The notes: a model not told the origin generated them from the letters alone. DNA of 64,000 nucleotides from Squalus acanthias (GCA_030390025.1 CM059428.1:164734001-164798000); one strand, 5' to 3'. Counted from the first letter of the stretch, positions 14,051 through 27,103 are shown. Numbers and translations are program-made.

Positions 14051-15368
14051 CTAGTTCCTTGAATAGTGTTTTGAGAACCCGAGCTTCTATGCTAGAGGTT
14101 CCCAAACTGGAAGGGGGGGGAGGCACAATGAGGTAACTGGGTGGGGGGTGGCACGTGGAAATGGCTAGCTGTAACTCGGTAATGCCTGCGTTTATGTATT
14201 TTCTCCATTGTTAGCACTGTAGCACTCCCCTCAACTCTGGCTGATTCCTGACTCTGCTCTCTCCAAAACTCAGGAATCCCCAGCTAACAGTTCCAGCTTA
14301 CAGATATTTCCAATACTCCTCAGTTTAAATATGTTTCAGTTTATATTAAAAACAAATTGTTTGCCTTCTGGTCTGTACCTCCTGTGCAGCGTAAATTTCT
14401 TTTTGGAAGTGCTCATGAGCCCTGGGGACCTCGCTGCCGTAGAGAAATAAAGTAGCAGCTTTCCCCCCCCCCACCCCCCCCCCCCCCCCCCCCAACGAGT
14501 CTGCTTCAAAGGTCTGTTAAAAGGTTCCATCCTCAAGGAGAGCGAGTTAGTTGGGGACTAATTCTGGAAACTGATTTTGACTGTCTCACCAGTCCTTTTG
14601 CGCCTGTCTTGAGAATCATGTTTGGAGCTGTTGATGGGGTCTTTTCGTATTAGAACTTTGCAGGATGTCTGCTGTTTCCTTCTGTTTGTTAGGTCATAGG
14701 CTTGTAATTGGGCAACAAATGCCAGCATGCATAGTAGGCTGCACTGCAATATAAAGTAGGCTAAGAGGCTCTGTGATGTTAAGGTCATGCAAAAATTTGA
14801 AAATATTAAAAATGAAAGATTATTTATAATGTGACTAGTTTGATTTTATTTATATATTACAGCAGTTAAACAGTTACATCTTCCAATTTATGTGAAGCTC
14901 AGGATACATTATGAAGGCCTATCCAGTATGATTTTATATTCTAAGGATAGCAAGTTAGCTTTGCTCAGGCTCACAACTAGATTATCGATCATAACCCACT
15001 AGTTTTCATGTTGTGTTCGCTTTATGTCCTGTGTTAAAATTAATGTATGTAAAAGAAAACTGATTTAATAATGTTCAAGGTTCCTTTATAATTTGGTTTA
15101 GAATGTTTGAATATTCCCGTTTAAACAATTATTCAAAGATGAAGTAGCTCTCGTTATTAGTGTGACATCCTTTCTCTGAAATGTGATTCTTTGAACTAGC
15201 ATTGCATACACAACAATAATTTGTTGCTGTGGCTGGGAGATCTCGCCTCTTTGAACATTTTAATGTTCAATCCCTAAACATTGGAGCATTGTAGAGATAC
15301 TTCAAGATATGTCGGTTGAGGTCGAACCATGTTCTTGTGATGCAATCAGCATTCTCTTTGTTTTGTAG

Positions 15369-15533
15369 GTGTGTTTCTTGCATGCAGTGTGGGGCAACCT
15401 CACCCGGTTTCAAGTGTGAATGGCAGAACAATTATACGCAGTGTGCTCCTTGTGCCAGCTTGGCTGTCTGCCCAGTCTGCAATAAGAGCTACAGGGAGGA
15501 GGAGTTTATTATACAATGCCGGCAGTGTGACAG
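15369..15533 (+). CDS. KMT2C: KMT2C exon (ex20), PHD finger, 165 nt
   Basis: ttgtag|G...AG|gtgggt; CVSCMQCGATSPGFKCEWQNNYTQCAPCASLAVCPVCNKSYREEEFIIQCRQCD (inside ORF 15316..15603). Confidence 0.97.
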
Positions 15534-15861
15534 GTGGGTGCATCCAATATATTCTCAGCATACGGACTGTATGAAGCAGAAGACTGAGACCAGTGAATTA
15601 TAATGAGTACACAACTATAATTACATACATCATGAACTACATACATCATTAAACAAGAATGCTGTCAAAAAACTAGTGTCAAAATGTGCATTAATCTATC
15701 TTAGGGCGTCAATTGGACAAGACATTTGGGCTAAGCAGGGCAGGTGTATCATTAAAAGTGTTGTGACATGCCTTGACAGAACCTGATAAAATATTTCTCT
15801 CTCAAACTTTTAGAATAAAAACCAATATAGAAAAGAAAACTACAAAATAAAATGGAAAACT

Positions 15862-16047
15862 GGAATTGCTGTAAATCTGAAATAAAAACAGAAAATGCTA
15901 GAAATACACAGCTGGTCAATCAGCATCTCTAAAGAGAAAGAGCACGTTATGACATTTTTGGGTGTAAACACTTCATCAGAATGTCATAACTTGTCTTTTC
16001 TCCTTACGGATACTGACTGACCTGCTGTGTATTTCCAGCATTTTCTG
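15862..16047. mobile_element. Old fold-back Penelope-derived element
   Basis: Inverted arms (cagaaaatgctagaaatacacagc...gttatgacatt / aatgtcataac...gctgtgtatttccagcattttctg); homologous to 45405-45627. Confidence 0.75.
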
Positions 16048-18423
16048 CATATTTTTTGGAAAAAAAATTGATTTCTGTAATTTAGCAGCAATAACTTCTG
16101 TGCAAATGCACTTGTGGCAGAGTGAAGCTTGACTAGACCTTGGCTTTATATATTCCACTAACTGCACTGAATGATTAAAAAGCAGTGCCAATGGCAAGAG
16201 GTCACCTACTACTCGTGCTGGACAGTGATTTTTGCAATCTAGAAGGACCAGAAAAACAAACTAATGGGTCAAATTGTGGCAGAAACGGCGACTAAATGGT
16301 GATATTAAATTGCATTGGATTCTAGAATTAAAGATAGTGGGCCAATTAACCTACGGGTTCATCTTTCATTTTCCTTTACCTATTTTCAGTTCTCCAGTAC
16401 AGTGGAAGCAGGTGTCTATTATTACTTAAATTAAGGGCACCAGTTTAATTGAAAGATCCTCGTCTATAGTTTCCTCTTCCATCAGGCTGATGGTCTTCAA
16501 TTACAGCTGGTGCACTCCTGTTCATTCATTTGGATTAATTGATGTCTTAGGGACGCAACAAAGGCAGACAACTTACTTTTTAACTGTTTAAACTCCAACT
16601 GCTGTACCTTCAACAGATCTTTTATGGTTATCGGCAACAGCCAGTCTGAACATACTCGGGTATTGTTTTTGCCCCCTTTCTTTAAAATTTTCCACTAAAT
16701 TAGAAGCTGGTAAAACATCTAATAAAACCATGGCTGCAGATATGGGGTGGGGGTATTTTTTGGACTTTAGGGAATCAAGGGATATGGGGATCGGGCGGGA
16801 AAGTGGAGTTAAGGTCGAAGATCAGCCATGATCTTACTGAATGGCGGAGCAGGGGCGAGGGGCCGAATGGCCTACTCCTAATTCTTATGTTAAAACCTAT
16901 TGAATGTTGTTTATAAATGTGAAACTTGTAAGGTACTGCTTAAAATGCTAATGACATTGTTTCTGTATATAGAAGAAAATCACTTGCATGTGAATGGGAA
17001 AACAAAGAAAATTGCACTCTGAATTTTCATTAAGATAACAAGTCCTGTCCCAACTTGTAATTCATCCTCAGAACATAGAGATGTGGTAACTGTGACCCAG
17101 TTTGAATTGAGCAGTAGGATACAAGGGAATGTGCAGGACTCGGAACAGACTATTGGAGTCTATCTGACCGGTCCAGTGTTTAGAAGATGTTGTGTACTGC
17201 TCTCGTACTCCTCAATCGGATACTTGCCAACTTAGAAAACTAAGCAAAAGCTGACATAAGCCCCAAATGGGTGACACCCGAAGAATGACCCTAATTATGA
17301 ACCAATGATGTGTGAAAACAGGTAGTTTCATGGCTTTGTAACTTATGCTGTTGGTGTATACAACATTGCTTCACTTGTATGGGGAAAAGCATAAGTACAT
17401 AAATGCATTTGTTTGGGGCCAAGCTCCCCTGGAAGATTTTTATTTTTTACATAAAAATTACGTATTCTGGTTAATTTTAAGCACCTTTCTATTCCACCAA
17501 AAATTGACATTTTGAATTTTTAATAGTTAAGCCAGGTCATCACTTCCTCAAAGGTTACATTCCCTCATCTGAACTGCCACCCCAGTTCAGAGGCATTCTA
17601 TCCTCGCCAGATCTAGTTCAGAGAGACCGCACCCCATCCAAAATCCCACCCTTCCACAGAGACATTCTCTGCTCCTGTAGCACTCCCCACTCATACTGAC
17701 ACACCTCTCCCTCCCCCAGTTCAGCCTGGCACTCTTCTCTGCCTCTGACCATGCCAATGCAAACTGTTACTTGTTTTCCCACACCCAGTTTATGCTGTCA
17801 ATCTTTTTCTGTCCATGCTCAGGCTGACCCTCTTTTTTCTCCAATTAATGTCAACACTTTGTCCTTACTCCATTAATGCTGGCGCACTCTTCCCCAAATA
17901 CCATCAATTAATCCTGGTGTCCTCCCCCACCCTAAAGTGCTATTCCTAGATTCTGCCCCTTCCCTCTCCCCTTCATTGCTGTTCATTGCCATCCATTTCC
18001 CTCCCTTTCTTTTCTCCTTCATTGCAATCCCTCCCCCCCGCACTCATTGCCATCCATTCATCTCCCCAATGCCAGCCACCCCATCTTGTTTCTACAGGAG
18101 TCCAGTTGCTAATGACCCCAGATATTCTGGCAGGGTAAACTGATGAGAATAATGCTGGTGCGCAACTGCACCTGTATGGGTTCACACTGAGGGGTGGGGA
18201 GGGGAAGTGAGAAAAAAGAAGCACTGGCAAAACGGCTGTTGCTACTGGTTCCAAAGCTTGTGGGCTTTTTTTGGTAGTGGTGGGGGGGCACGGACGGATG
18301 AGCCAAGTTGGTGTCCATTTCGTCTATGTGTAACCCCTTTGGATATTTGTTGTGTTGAAGGCACTATACAAATAAGTATCCTTTTTTTTGAAATATAATT
18401 TGTGAACCTCTTTATGTTCTCAG

Positions 18424-18533
18424 GTGGATTCATGCTATTTGCCAGAATCTAAACACAGAAGATGAAGTAGAGACTGCAGCAGACAATGGCTATGACTGTT
18501 TCACATGTAGGCAATATGCGACGACAACTCCAG
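18424..18533 (+). CDS. KMT2C: KMT2C exon (ex21), end of PHD cluster, 110 nt
   Basis: ttctcag|G...G|gtaaga; WIHAICQNLNTEDEVETAADNGYDCFTCRQYATTTP. Confidence 0.95.
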
Positions 18534-18751
18534 GTAAGATTTGAAACATTAGACCAGTTTGCTCAAAGATTTTATTTTTAAAGAATCTTAAAATTGCAAC
18601 CCATGACAATGATGATTTTATAAACAAAAACTTGTTAAATTTTTGAAGCTTAATTATGTGCTGAATTCACTGAGTGACTGCAATTACAATTTAATAATTA
18701 ATCCCCAAATATTCAAACTTTCTAACAGGTTTCTAATTTCTTTTACCTCAG

Positions 18752-18820
18752 TGACTACCTCAGAAGGGACTGATTTGTCTTTGGTAACACCTCAAGTTAT
18801 TGTAAAGACAAAGGAACCAG
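18752..18820 (+). CDS. KMT2C: KMT2C exon (ex22), 69 nt
   Basis: ttttacctcag|TG...G|gtaaat; VTTSEGTDLSLVTPQVIVKTKEP; phase 1-1 fits both neighbours. Confidence 0.85.
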
Positions 18821-19559
18821 GTAAATTAGCAGACTTGGTAGCCAAAGATTCGATCTGTCCTTTCCTTCCCCGTCCCAATTTTCTACCCTCCTGTCATGAA
18901 GGTGCTGAATCGCATGGTTCCAGAGGCACGAGCAGCAATATGGTGCTTCACCAAAGTGGCCATTCTTCATTTGTGAGCCGCGACGGTGAGTGTTGGTGGG
19001 CATTTGACAATTAGGGCATTGCAGCCAAGCTTATTCCTGTCTTCATCTGCATATGTCCCCTTTATAGCAGGCGTCGCTGGATAGTGATTGGAAAAATAAG
19101 CTGCTTTTACTTTTCCTAGCTTGGGAATGCAAGTCACTCAGATCAGGCACAGACCAAGGATCAGACCTGATCTCTTCCTGTTATGAATGGCTCAGTACCA
19201 CATTTAGTCAGAAAGCTATTCGGGGATCTCTGAAGACTCAAACTCTTTAACAAGCTTCACAATTTGGGTTAAGCACACCATAAACCTCATATGGACTGTG
19301 CAAAATAGCTTATTTGCCAGATGTCTGATGCAGAACAGTACCACTGTCCATGCAGAAAAAGCAATTAAAGCATATGGGGAGGATTTAAACAAAATAGGCA
19401 GGGGAGCGGTAAACAGCAAACCGAGAAAGAGGGAAAAGCAATAGTGATGGCGGTAGAAAAGGCAACGGAAGCTAGATGCTGTGGTACAGGTCAGAGTAAG
19501 AGAACATGTTGGCGACAATGGTCACAATAGTGTGGAGTTTAAGGTGAGGCTTATGTACA

Positions 19560-20760
19560 GAGCAGGGACTGGTGCATGATTGTTTGAGTGCAGACACTGA
19601 CAGGAAACTAACTATGGCATCTGCTATAGACCGCCAGGTCAGGAGGATGGATGGGACCAAGCAATTTTCTAGTCCAATAAGGGAAACCGATATACTTGTT
19701 ACGGATGACTTCAGTTTACCAGGGATAGATTCAGAAACCTTAAAAAGATGCAGTAGGATTGAAAACATGATTATAGCTACAATATTGGATTGTTACGTGG
19801 AGCAAGGGCATTGTAGAACCCGTCAGGAGAACATTGAGCAGGTCAGAGTAAGAGAACATGTTGGCGACGGGTCACAATAGTGTGGAGTCTAAGGTGAGGC
19901 TTATGTTGAAGAAAAAATTGATTGCAATAGAAACATTCAACTTTAGAAAGGCGGATTTTGAGGCATGAGTTTAGGAAACTGGACTTGGGGCACTTCTGAG
20001 ACGTTTAATCATAGACTAAGGGAGATGTTGAATAGAGCCCTGGGGGCCAGAACTTGGACTCCTGTATCTAATCAATGTTAATGACTTTGATTCTGAAACC
20101 AGCTGTAACGGGTCCAGTTTATCTTGAAGGTATAGTCAAAAGGTGCAGCAACAGGCCTGGATTAATTATGTAGTTGTACTGTGTAGTTAAATTTAACACA
20201 AAATTGCACATAGGTTGAAAAATGTGGAACGTAAATATACAATAAATGGAATCCAGTTGGTATAGAGAGATTTAGAATTGAAGCTGGAAGTAATAGTAGA
20301 CTTATCACCTTCAGTATCTGGACAATGTGGCAAAACAATTTAAACAAAACTAGTAATGGAACGCTGCAAAATATTGCCAGCATAGTAGAATGCAGGTCTG
20401 CAGAAGAGATCCCAAGACTTTGCAATGCAGTGGTTAGACCACACTTCAAATACTGTGTTCAGTTTTAGTTAGCAGGCCACAAGAAATATACACTTAGAAT
20501 TGAAAGTGTACAAAAAGGAGCAACAAACTTGATCCCAAGACGCTCCTTAATATCTACCTCTTTGATCAAGCTTTTGGTCACCTGCCCTAATTTCTCCTTA
20601 TGTGGCTCGGTGTCAAATTTTTTGTCTTTTAATACTCCTGTGAAGCGCCTTGGGATGTTTTACTACGTTAAAGGCGCTATATAAATACAAGTTGTTGTTG
20701 TAAAGGGGATGAGTGCTGAGCAAAGATTAAAGAAGTGTAGTCTGCAAACAAAGTTAAGTG
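19560..20760 (+). mobile_element. Old, deleted CR1 remnant (endonuclease CYRPP and DFSLPGID motifs, RT tail) with a nested L2 3' end at ~20540-20701
   Basis: tgctatagaccgcca, gacttcagtttaccagggatagat, gttagaccacacttcaaatactgtgttcag; the L2 tail ends aaggcgctatataaatacaagttgttgttgt. Confidence 0.65.
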
Positions 20761-21220
20761 GGGCGGGGAGGAAGGGAGGAAAAAGTTACTTTCAAGTTAA
20801 ATTTTGAAATCCTATAACAAGCAAGATAATAGAAGCAAAAGCATTAGGATTTTCCCAATACAATTAGGTGCCAGGATGCGGGAGTCAGTATTCTAAAGGA
20901 ATGAGCTTTGATCGGCAGAATGACCTTTTCTCATCTCTGACTCAGTTTTGTGTGCACTGGCATATTAACTGAAACTAGCAACTGGTACATCATAGACTTG
21001 CGACTGATTCCTCGTGTGGTAAATTGGCTAGCCTCATCAAAGCTGTGTTAAGGCGGGGATGTTAATGGCGAGTATAAAAATTGGTGAAAATAGTGAACAG
21101 CTCTTGGATGCCTCCTACAGAAGTTTTTAGAATTGGGTCAGTAGGAATTTCCTATCTCATTTGGATAAGAAAATCCTTAACAGGTCATTCAGTATAACCT
21201 GTGTTTTTCTCGGAAAACAG

Positions 21221-21439
21221 AACCGACACGGACGTATACACAGGATGGTGTCTGCCTGACTGAGTTGGGTATGTCACAGCTCCAAAGCCTCAGTATTGCT
21301 CCACCACGTCGGAAGCGACCCAAGCCAAAGTTGAAGCTAAAGATCATAAATCAGAACAGTGTGGCTGTTTTGCAAACTCCACCTGATCCCCAGTCTGAAC
21401 AGTCCAGAGACATGGATGGAGATATGGATGATAGCAGAG
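21221..21439 (+). CDS. KMT2C: KMT2C exon (ex23), 219 nt
   Basis: aaacag|AA...G|gtacaa; PTRTYTQDGVCLTELGMSQLQSLSIAPPRRKRPKPKLKLKIINQNSVAVLQTPPDP...DDSR. Confidence 0.95.
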
Positions 21440-23602
21440 GTACAATATTACGGCTGATCCCCTTCATTACTTAAGTGAAGGGAAGAAAAAGGTTTTCTTG
21501 TTGAATGTTTATATGTCACTTGTGTATGTGCTTGTCCAAATGAGATAACTGAGTAGAGGAAATGCCTGAAAACATTTGCTATAATGGCCCCATGCATTTC
21601 AAATAACAAAACCTCTGACCAGTGCATTGAAATACCAGTCTCATGCTTTACTGCACCAGCATGGCTTTACCACTTCCTACTTAGTCTGGCTTTTCTGAGT
21701 GGAATTACTTAACTCTGATTTGCAGAAACTTCAGTCAAGGAAATTTAGTTTGTAGCCTCCTTGGTTGGGAGCAGACTAATTGTGATGCTGCATTTTACTG
21801 GGTTTCATAAACATTCAAGTGCATACATTTACGGGAAAAGACTAATTGAATAAACGAAAAATTGTTAATCCTAATCTTAGTCACTCCCAGCCTAAACTTG
21901 GTTAATGCCATTTCTGTCATTCAGGTCTCAGTTCTCCTCTCCTGAGATGCCAATTAAGATGGCTTCTAGGGATTAGGGCTCCTCTCTTTTCTATGCTTCA
22001 CGCAAAATCAGATCGCTCAAAATCAATTAATTGCGTTCAGTTGTTCGCTACACTTGTAGCCAAGTGCAGTTTATATGAAGTTATTCCATGTTTTTCTATA
22101 AAAGTTATCTTCGCCACATTTGCAGTCACTTTCTCTTTTTCTCGCTCGCTTCTCTTTCTCGCGCGCCCCTCTTTTGCGCGTGCTCTCCCCGGCCCCCCTC
22201 ATTCCTGATACCTTTTAAAACTTGTTGTTTAGATCCTTCATAAAGTTGTAAGATGTTCAGCAAATTAAAAATAGTGGGATCTTCAAGTGAAGCTGAGATT
22301 ATTTTAATGTGGATCAGAACTGAGACCGATTTAAAAATGACATATTGCAGACTGGCCTCAGCTCATGCATCAGAAATGAATAAATTCCTAAGAATATTAT
22401 GCTCTCTGTTGTCCAGACGCAGTTGCCATTGAATGAGAATTATCTTGAAAAGGAGTTGCACTCGAGTATTTATACTACCCAGTGAGTGCCCAATGGTGCA
22501 AATCCAGATGAGTGTATTCATCCTGATTTTGCCTTGTAATTTGAAATATTTATTTCACTAAGTAAGAAGATTTGTTTGCAATGGTGCTTCTTCCATCTGT
22601 ATCCATATGGGGCTTCTGTGGTGGCAACAACTATAGCAACACAAGCTGAAACTCATTGGCCATATAAATTGGATAGTGCTACATCCCATTCTCTTTTTAC
22701 TTTTATTAAAAAAAACTATTTTGTCCAATTCTGTTTGCTTTTCTCTCTGTTCCACTGTACCGTTAGTTGAACTTGTATATGTCTTGCAATGTGACCTCAT
22801 TGTGATGAATGTGTCTTTTAATGTCCAGCATAAAAAAACTATAAATGTTCTAATTAAGACCTGATTGCTGTCTGCTTGAATCCTAAATCTGCAGTGCCAT
22901 AGTAAACCTGTTCTAGGTTTATAATTAAGTTTTACCTGAGCACTGCACAAACTCCAAACTTTGAAGTCTAAAATTTGAAGTACATAACTATTAGTAATAA
23001 TCAGAACATTTGTTCTTTCTATGTGTAATTAGTAGCTTTTAGTAACATAATGAAACCACAACCCAAGTTAAATGTAAAATGATTTGGTGAAACAAAATTG
23101 GGAAATCGGGTTTGCACAATTGGATCCAAATTGCTGTGAATTCAAAACTAATTAGTCCTGAGTGAAATTAGTTTTGTGATTCTCCAATTAGTTTTCAAGC
23201 CATAGAAATCTGTGGCAAAAAACTTTTCCTCAATTCCAAACTAAATACAGTGTTGGCCTTTGTGTAGTGCAAAACCAGTAACATTTTGGATTCATTCTGA
23301 AGGGAGCTACTTTTAGATTATTTCCTTATGCTTCTCAGTCAGTTACTTCACAAATTCATATCCCTTTAAGCTTAAAACTATAATTATTTGCAGCGTAATT
23401 GTACACCTGCATAAATGTACAATCATTTGTGTAGTGTAGTTCAGAGATGTCCAACTTTTTGGAGATAGGTGGCCGTCAAAACCAGTGAGTGGGCCATACA
23501 ATTACGCTGAAAGGTGAGAGTTCATAAACAAAAAAATCCAAAAACCACTGTAAACCCCTATACACAAAGAACAATGCAAATAAATAGATTGTTTTGAGCA
23601 CA

Positions 23603-23972
23603 GACACTACAGTGCAGTACTGAGGGAGTGCTGCACTGTCAGAGGTGCTGTCTTTTGGATGAGGTGTTAAACCGAGACCCCGTCTGCTCTCTCAAGTGGA
23701 CATTAAAGATCCTATGGCACTATTTCGAAGAAGAGCAGGGGAGTTCTCCCCGGTTTCTTGGTCAATATTTATACCTCAACCAACGTCACTAAAACAGATT
23801 ATCTGCTTATCACATTGCTGTTTGTAGGAGCTTGCTGTGCGCAAATTGGCTGCCGCGTTTCCCACATTAAAACAGTGACTACACTTCAAAAAAAAAACTA
23901 CTTCATTGGTTGCAACGTGCTTTGGGGCGTCCTGAGTTTGTGAAAGGCGCTATATAAATGCAAGTCTTTCTT
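23603..23972 (+). mobile_element. 5'-truncated Deu-domain SINE
   Basis: Collinear and highly similar to 25367-25727. Confidence 0.85.
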
Positions 23973-24946
23973 TAATAAACATATACAATCAAGGGATTCC
24001 CCCACATAAAAAACGAAACCCCCATATACACAGAAGAATTCTCACACAAAATGCATCACTTCCAACGCCCCTTCTCGCATGGCAGTCAGTTGGCTCCAGA
24101 ATAAGTGTTGACTGGAATATCAAATCTCAGCTGACCATGGCTTTAACCACAGAACTAGCAGGGAGTTTGGAATCTTCCCTACAACACTGTATAAAACAGT
24201 CTCAAGTTCCAAGCAGCTTGGCTGGTAGTGAACCATTTTGCGGGCTAAATAGACAGCAGTGCCTAAGGAGGTGAGGACTGATGACGAAACTCTGCTCTCT
24301 TACCCTATTCTGCCCTTCGCCCCTGTCCTCACTGACCTGCATTTACCTCCAAGTCTCCTAACGTCTCAAATTTGAAATTCCCACCCTCGTGTTTAAACCA
24401 CTGCATGACTTCGCCCCCCATCCCCGTAATCTTCTGCAGCCCACAACCTTTCTCCCCTCCACCCCCTAAACTGTTTGTTCACCATATTTCAGTGGTTTTG
24501 CCCAGGGAAGATTTCCTCGATGGGCTGTTAACAAAATCATAAACCCGTTCTTTAGAAACAGGTTTACAATTTTAATATGTACAGTACACTGGAGAAATCT
24601 CCCTCACTTGGCTTAGAGCCTCAGTGCTGCCTCCTGTGAGCAAAGAAAGTGAGCTCCCTTAAAGAAGCCTTATATACAGCAATGGGAAAAGCTAACCTGA
24701 CTTGTGCAGGGCACAGATTTCTTAGAGACGTTATTGCAGGTGATTTGCCTTCATGAGATGACTAATTCATACTTGCATGTGGAGTGTGGACTTCAGTCAA
24801 CTAATGAGGGCTGCTTCGGTGGGAGGTAATCTAACATCACTTGCTCTGGATACATGTGCAACCCAGTTTAATACTATGTTGAGTAAAAATGATATAAAGG
24901 TTATCTATTCTACATTCAGTTAACCCTTCAATCTTAAATTTTACAG

Positions 24947-25081
24947 CAGCTGATCTAATGGACTGCGATGCAAAGTCTGATGCACTTACTAGTCCAGAAA
25001 GGGAACCAGCAGATGATGACTGTAAGGGAGCCGAGGGGTCTGACCGTCTAAAGAAGAGAAAAAGGAAACCATACAGACCTG
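24947..25081 (+). CDS. KMT2C: KMT2C exon (ex24), 135 nt (132 nt if the second AG of the NAGNAG is used)
   Basis: tttacag|CAG...G|gtaaag; AADLMDCDAKSDALTSPEREPADDDCKGAEGSDRLKKRKRKPYRP. Confidence 0.93.
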
Positions 25082-25268
25082 GTAAAGAATCTGATTAAAA
25101 CAGACATATCCACCATGCTCTGAAGTAGAACTAGATCAAAGAATATTTTCTGTGTGCTGGTGGTGGCTTGACTTGAGACCTGTGTAAATTTTTTACACAT
25201 TTGATGTAAATTGATATTTTACTACAACAGAAATGTTTAAAGTTTAATCTAGCCAAAGTATCTTTGTA

Positions 25269-25727
25269 GGTGTCAGCTGTGGCTCAGCGGTAGCACTCTT
25301 GCCTCTGACTCAGAAGGTTGTGGGTACCAGTGCCATTTCAGAGACCTGAGCACAAAAATCTAGGCTGACACTCCAGTGCAGTGCTGAGGGAGCGCTGCAC
25401 TGTCGGAGGTGCCGTCTTTTGGATGAGGTGTTAAACCGAAGCCCCGTCTGCTCTCAGGTGGACGTAAAAGATCCAATGGCACTATTTCGAAGAAGAGCAG
25501 GAGAGTTATCCCCGGTGTCCTGGCCAATATCTATCCCTCAGTCAACATAACAAAAACAGATTATTTCGTCATTATCACATTGCTGTTTGTGGGAGCTTGC
25601 TGTGCGCAAATTGGCTGCCACGTTTCCTACATTACAACAGTGACTACACTTCAAAAGTACTTCATTGGCTGTGAAGTGCTTTGGGACATCCGGTGGTCAT
25701 GAAAGACGCTGTATAAATGCAAGACTT
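25269..25727 (+). mobile_element. Full-length tRNA-head Deu-domain SINE (SacSINE1/AmnSINE1-related)
   Basis: A-box TGGCTCAGCGG (25280-25290), degenerate B-box, Deu-type core, gtttgtgggagcttgctgtgcgcaaattggctgcc block, L2-like tail. Confidence 0.85.
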
Positions 25728-26354
25728 CCTTGTAGCGCCTTAAAATACTTAGCACAAGTTGGCAGACACTAGAGAATAATAAGTCACCCTTTTCCTCCTC
25801 TGTTTTATTTGATATGTAAAAGCAGCTCAACAAGTGCCAGACAACAGTGAGATCTGTTGGGAGTTTGCAGCAGTTCCTCTTTCTCTTACTCACTTTCTTT
25901 CTAGCTGACTCCCACTCCCTTCTCCATTTATGCTACTAGGCCCTGAATCCAAATCTACTTCGTATCTACTGTCTGCACTTGTGTCTCTGTAATTTTGTCA
26001 TGATATCATTCGATGATTCCTTTGTAACATCCCGACTACCGCCCTCCAAATTTTCCTATTTTAATTTTCACCCTTTCCACAATTTTTTCTTGAGCACAGA
26101 AACCATCCCAATCGATTGTTATTTTTGCGTTACTTTTATCTCACCAACTTTGCACCCATCTGACTAAATTATAGACTTTGATGTGCGGTGACATTTTAAT
26201 TACCAAGTGCTGCAAAACAAGTATATTCTTGCTAATGTGATATTAATCCTCAATTAACTTCTTTCTCTCGAGAGCTACTCCTGGAGTGGCTTAGTGTACT
26301 GGAGCGTCAACACAATAGACCACAGAATAATGAGATGTGTATTGCAATTTCTAT

Positions 26355-27103
26355 GGCCCGGATTTTCCGATCGGAGGCTTCCTGCGTGCGGATGCCTCCA
26401 ATCTGGAAAAAATCTACAAACTTACCTGCTGGCTTCGTAGGTCCCGACACTTCCGCTCCTGGGCCTCTCCTGGTGCGTGCGCGCACAGAGGCCCAGGTGT
26501 CCCAGAGGCGCAGGCAGTTCGCAAGTGTCCCTGGGATCACGTGGGCCATGGGGAACCAATGGAAGAAGGGAATCCCCCTTCACACTTTTGACAGGTCTCT
26601 CCGGATAGACCTGTCAAAAGTATGAATGGGGATCACTCAAAAAAAACACACTAAAACATTAAATACTTTTTTTTAAATCACGTATTTAAAATTAGTTAAA
26701 ATTACATTAAATTACATTTTAAACAAAAATTTAATTTTTGGAAAGAAATTTTTTTACGGGTCTAAAATAAAACTTTTTTTAAAACTATGTTTAAATTATA
26801 AATGAGTGAGGGGAAAAAAAATATTATTTTACTTTTTTAAACTCTTATGCTGGCCTTATGCCTGCTTTTACCAGGCGTAAGATTATTAAAGGTTTTCAGC
26901 CGGCGGAGGTTCTGCAGAAAGCGGAACTCTTCACCCGCAGAGGCCCTTCTCCCAGGCAGGCGTCCGATCTGTCAAGATAATTCTTGACAGATCGGAAGTG
27001 CCGGTTTTCAGCACATGCACTTCGCATGCCTGAAACTGGCACTTGCGAGGCCCCTACGGGTGTGTACACAGCTCGTACACAGAGGGATCGGAAAATATGG
27101 GCC
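26355..27103. mobile_element. MITE-like non-autonomous DNA element, ~750 bp (PIF/Harbinger-like ends)
   Basis: TIRs ggcccggattttccgatc / gatcggaaaatatgggcc (16/18 match); GC-rich ends with an AT-rich centre; second copy at 52582-53325. Confidence 0.8.

Noticed and set aside
14092-14810. hAT-like element starting agaggttcccaaact (similar start at 23442)
   Set aside because: Only one plausible TIR is visible, with no matching opposite end or 8-bp TSD.
24278-24292. CTGATGA-C-GAAAC hammerhead-like word
   Set aside because: There is no stem II between the core segments, no convincing stem I and no PLE context, so it is likely chance.
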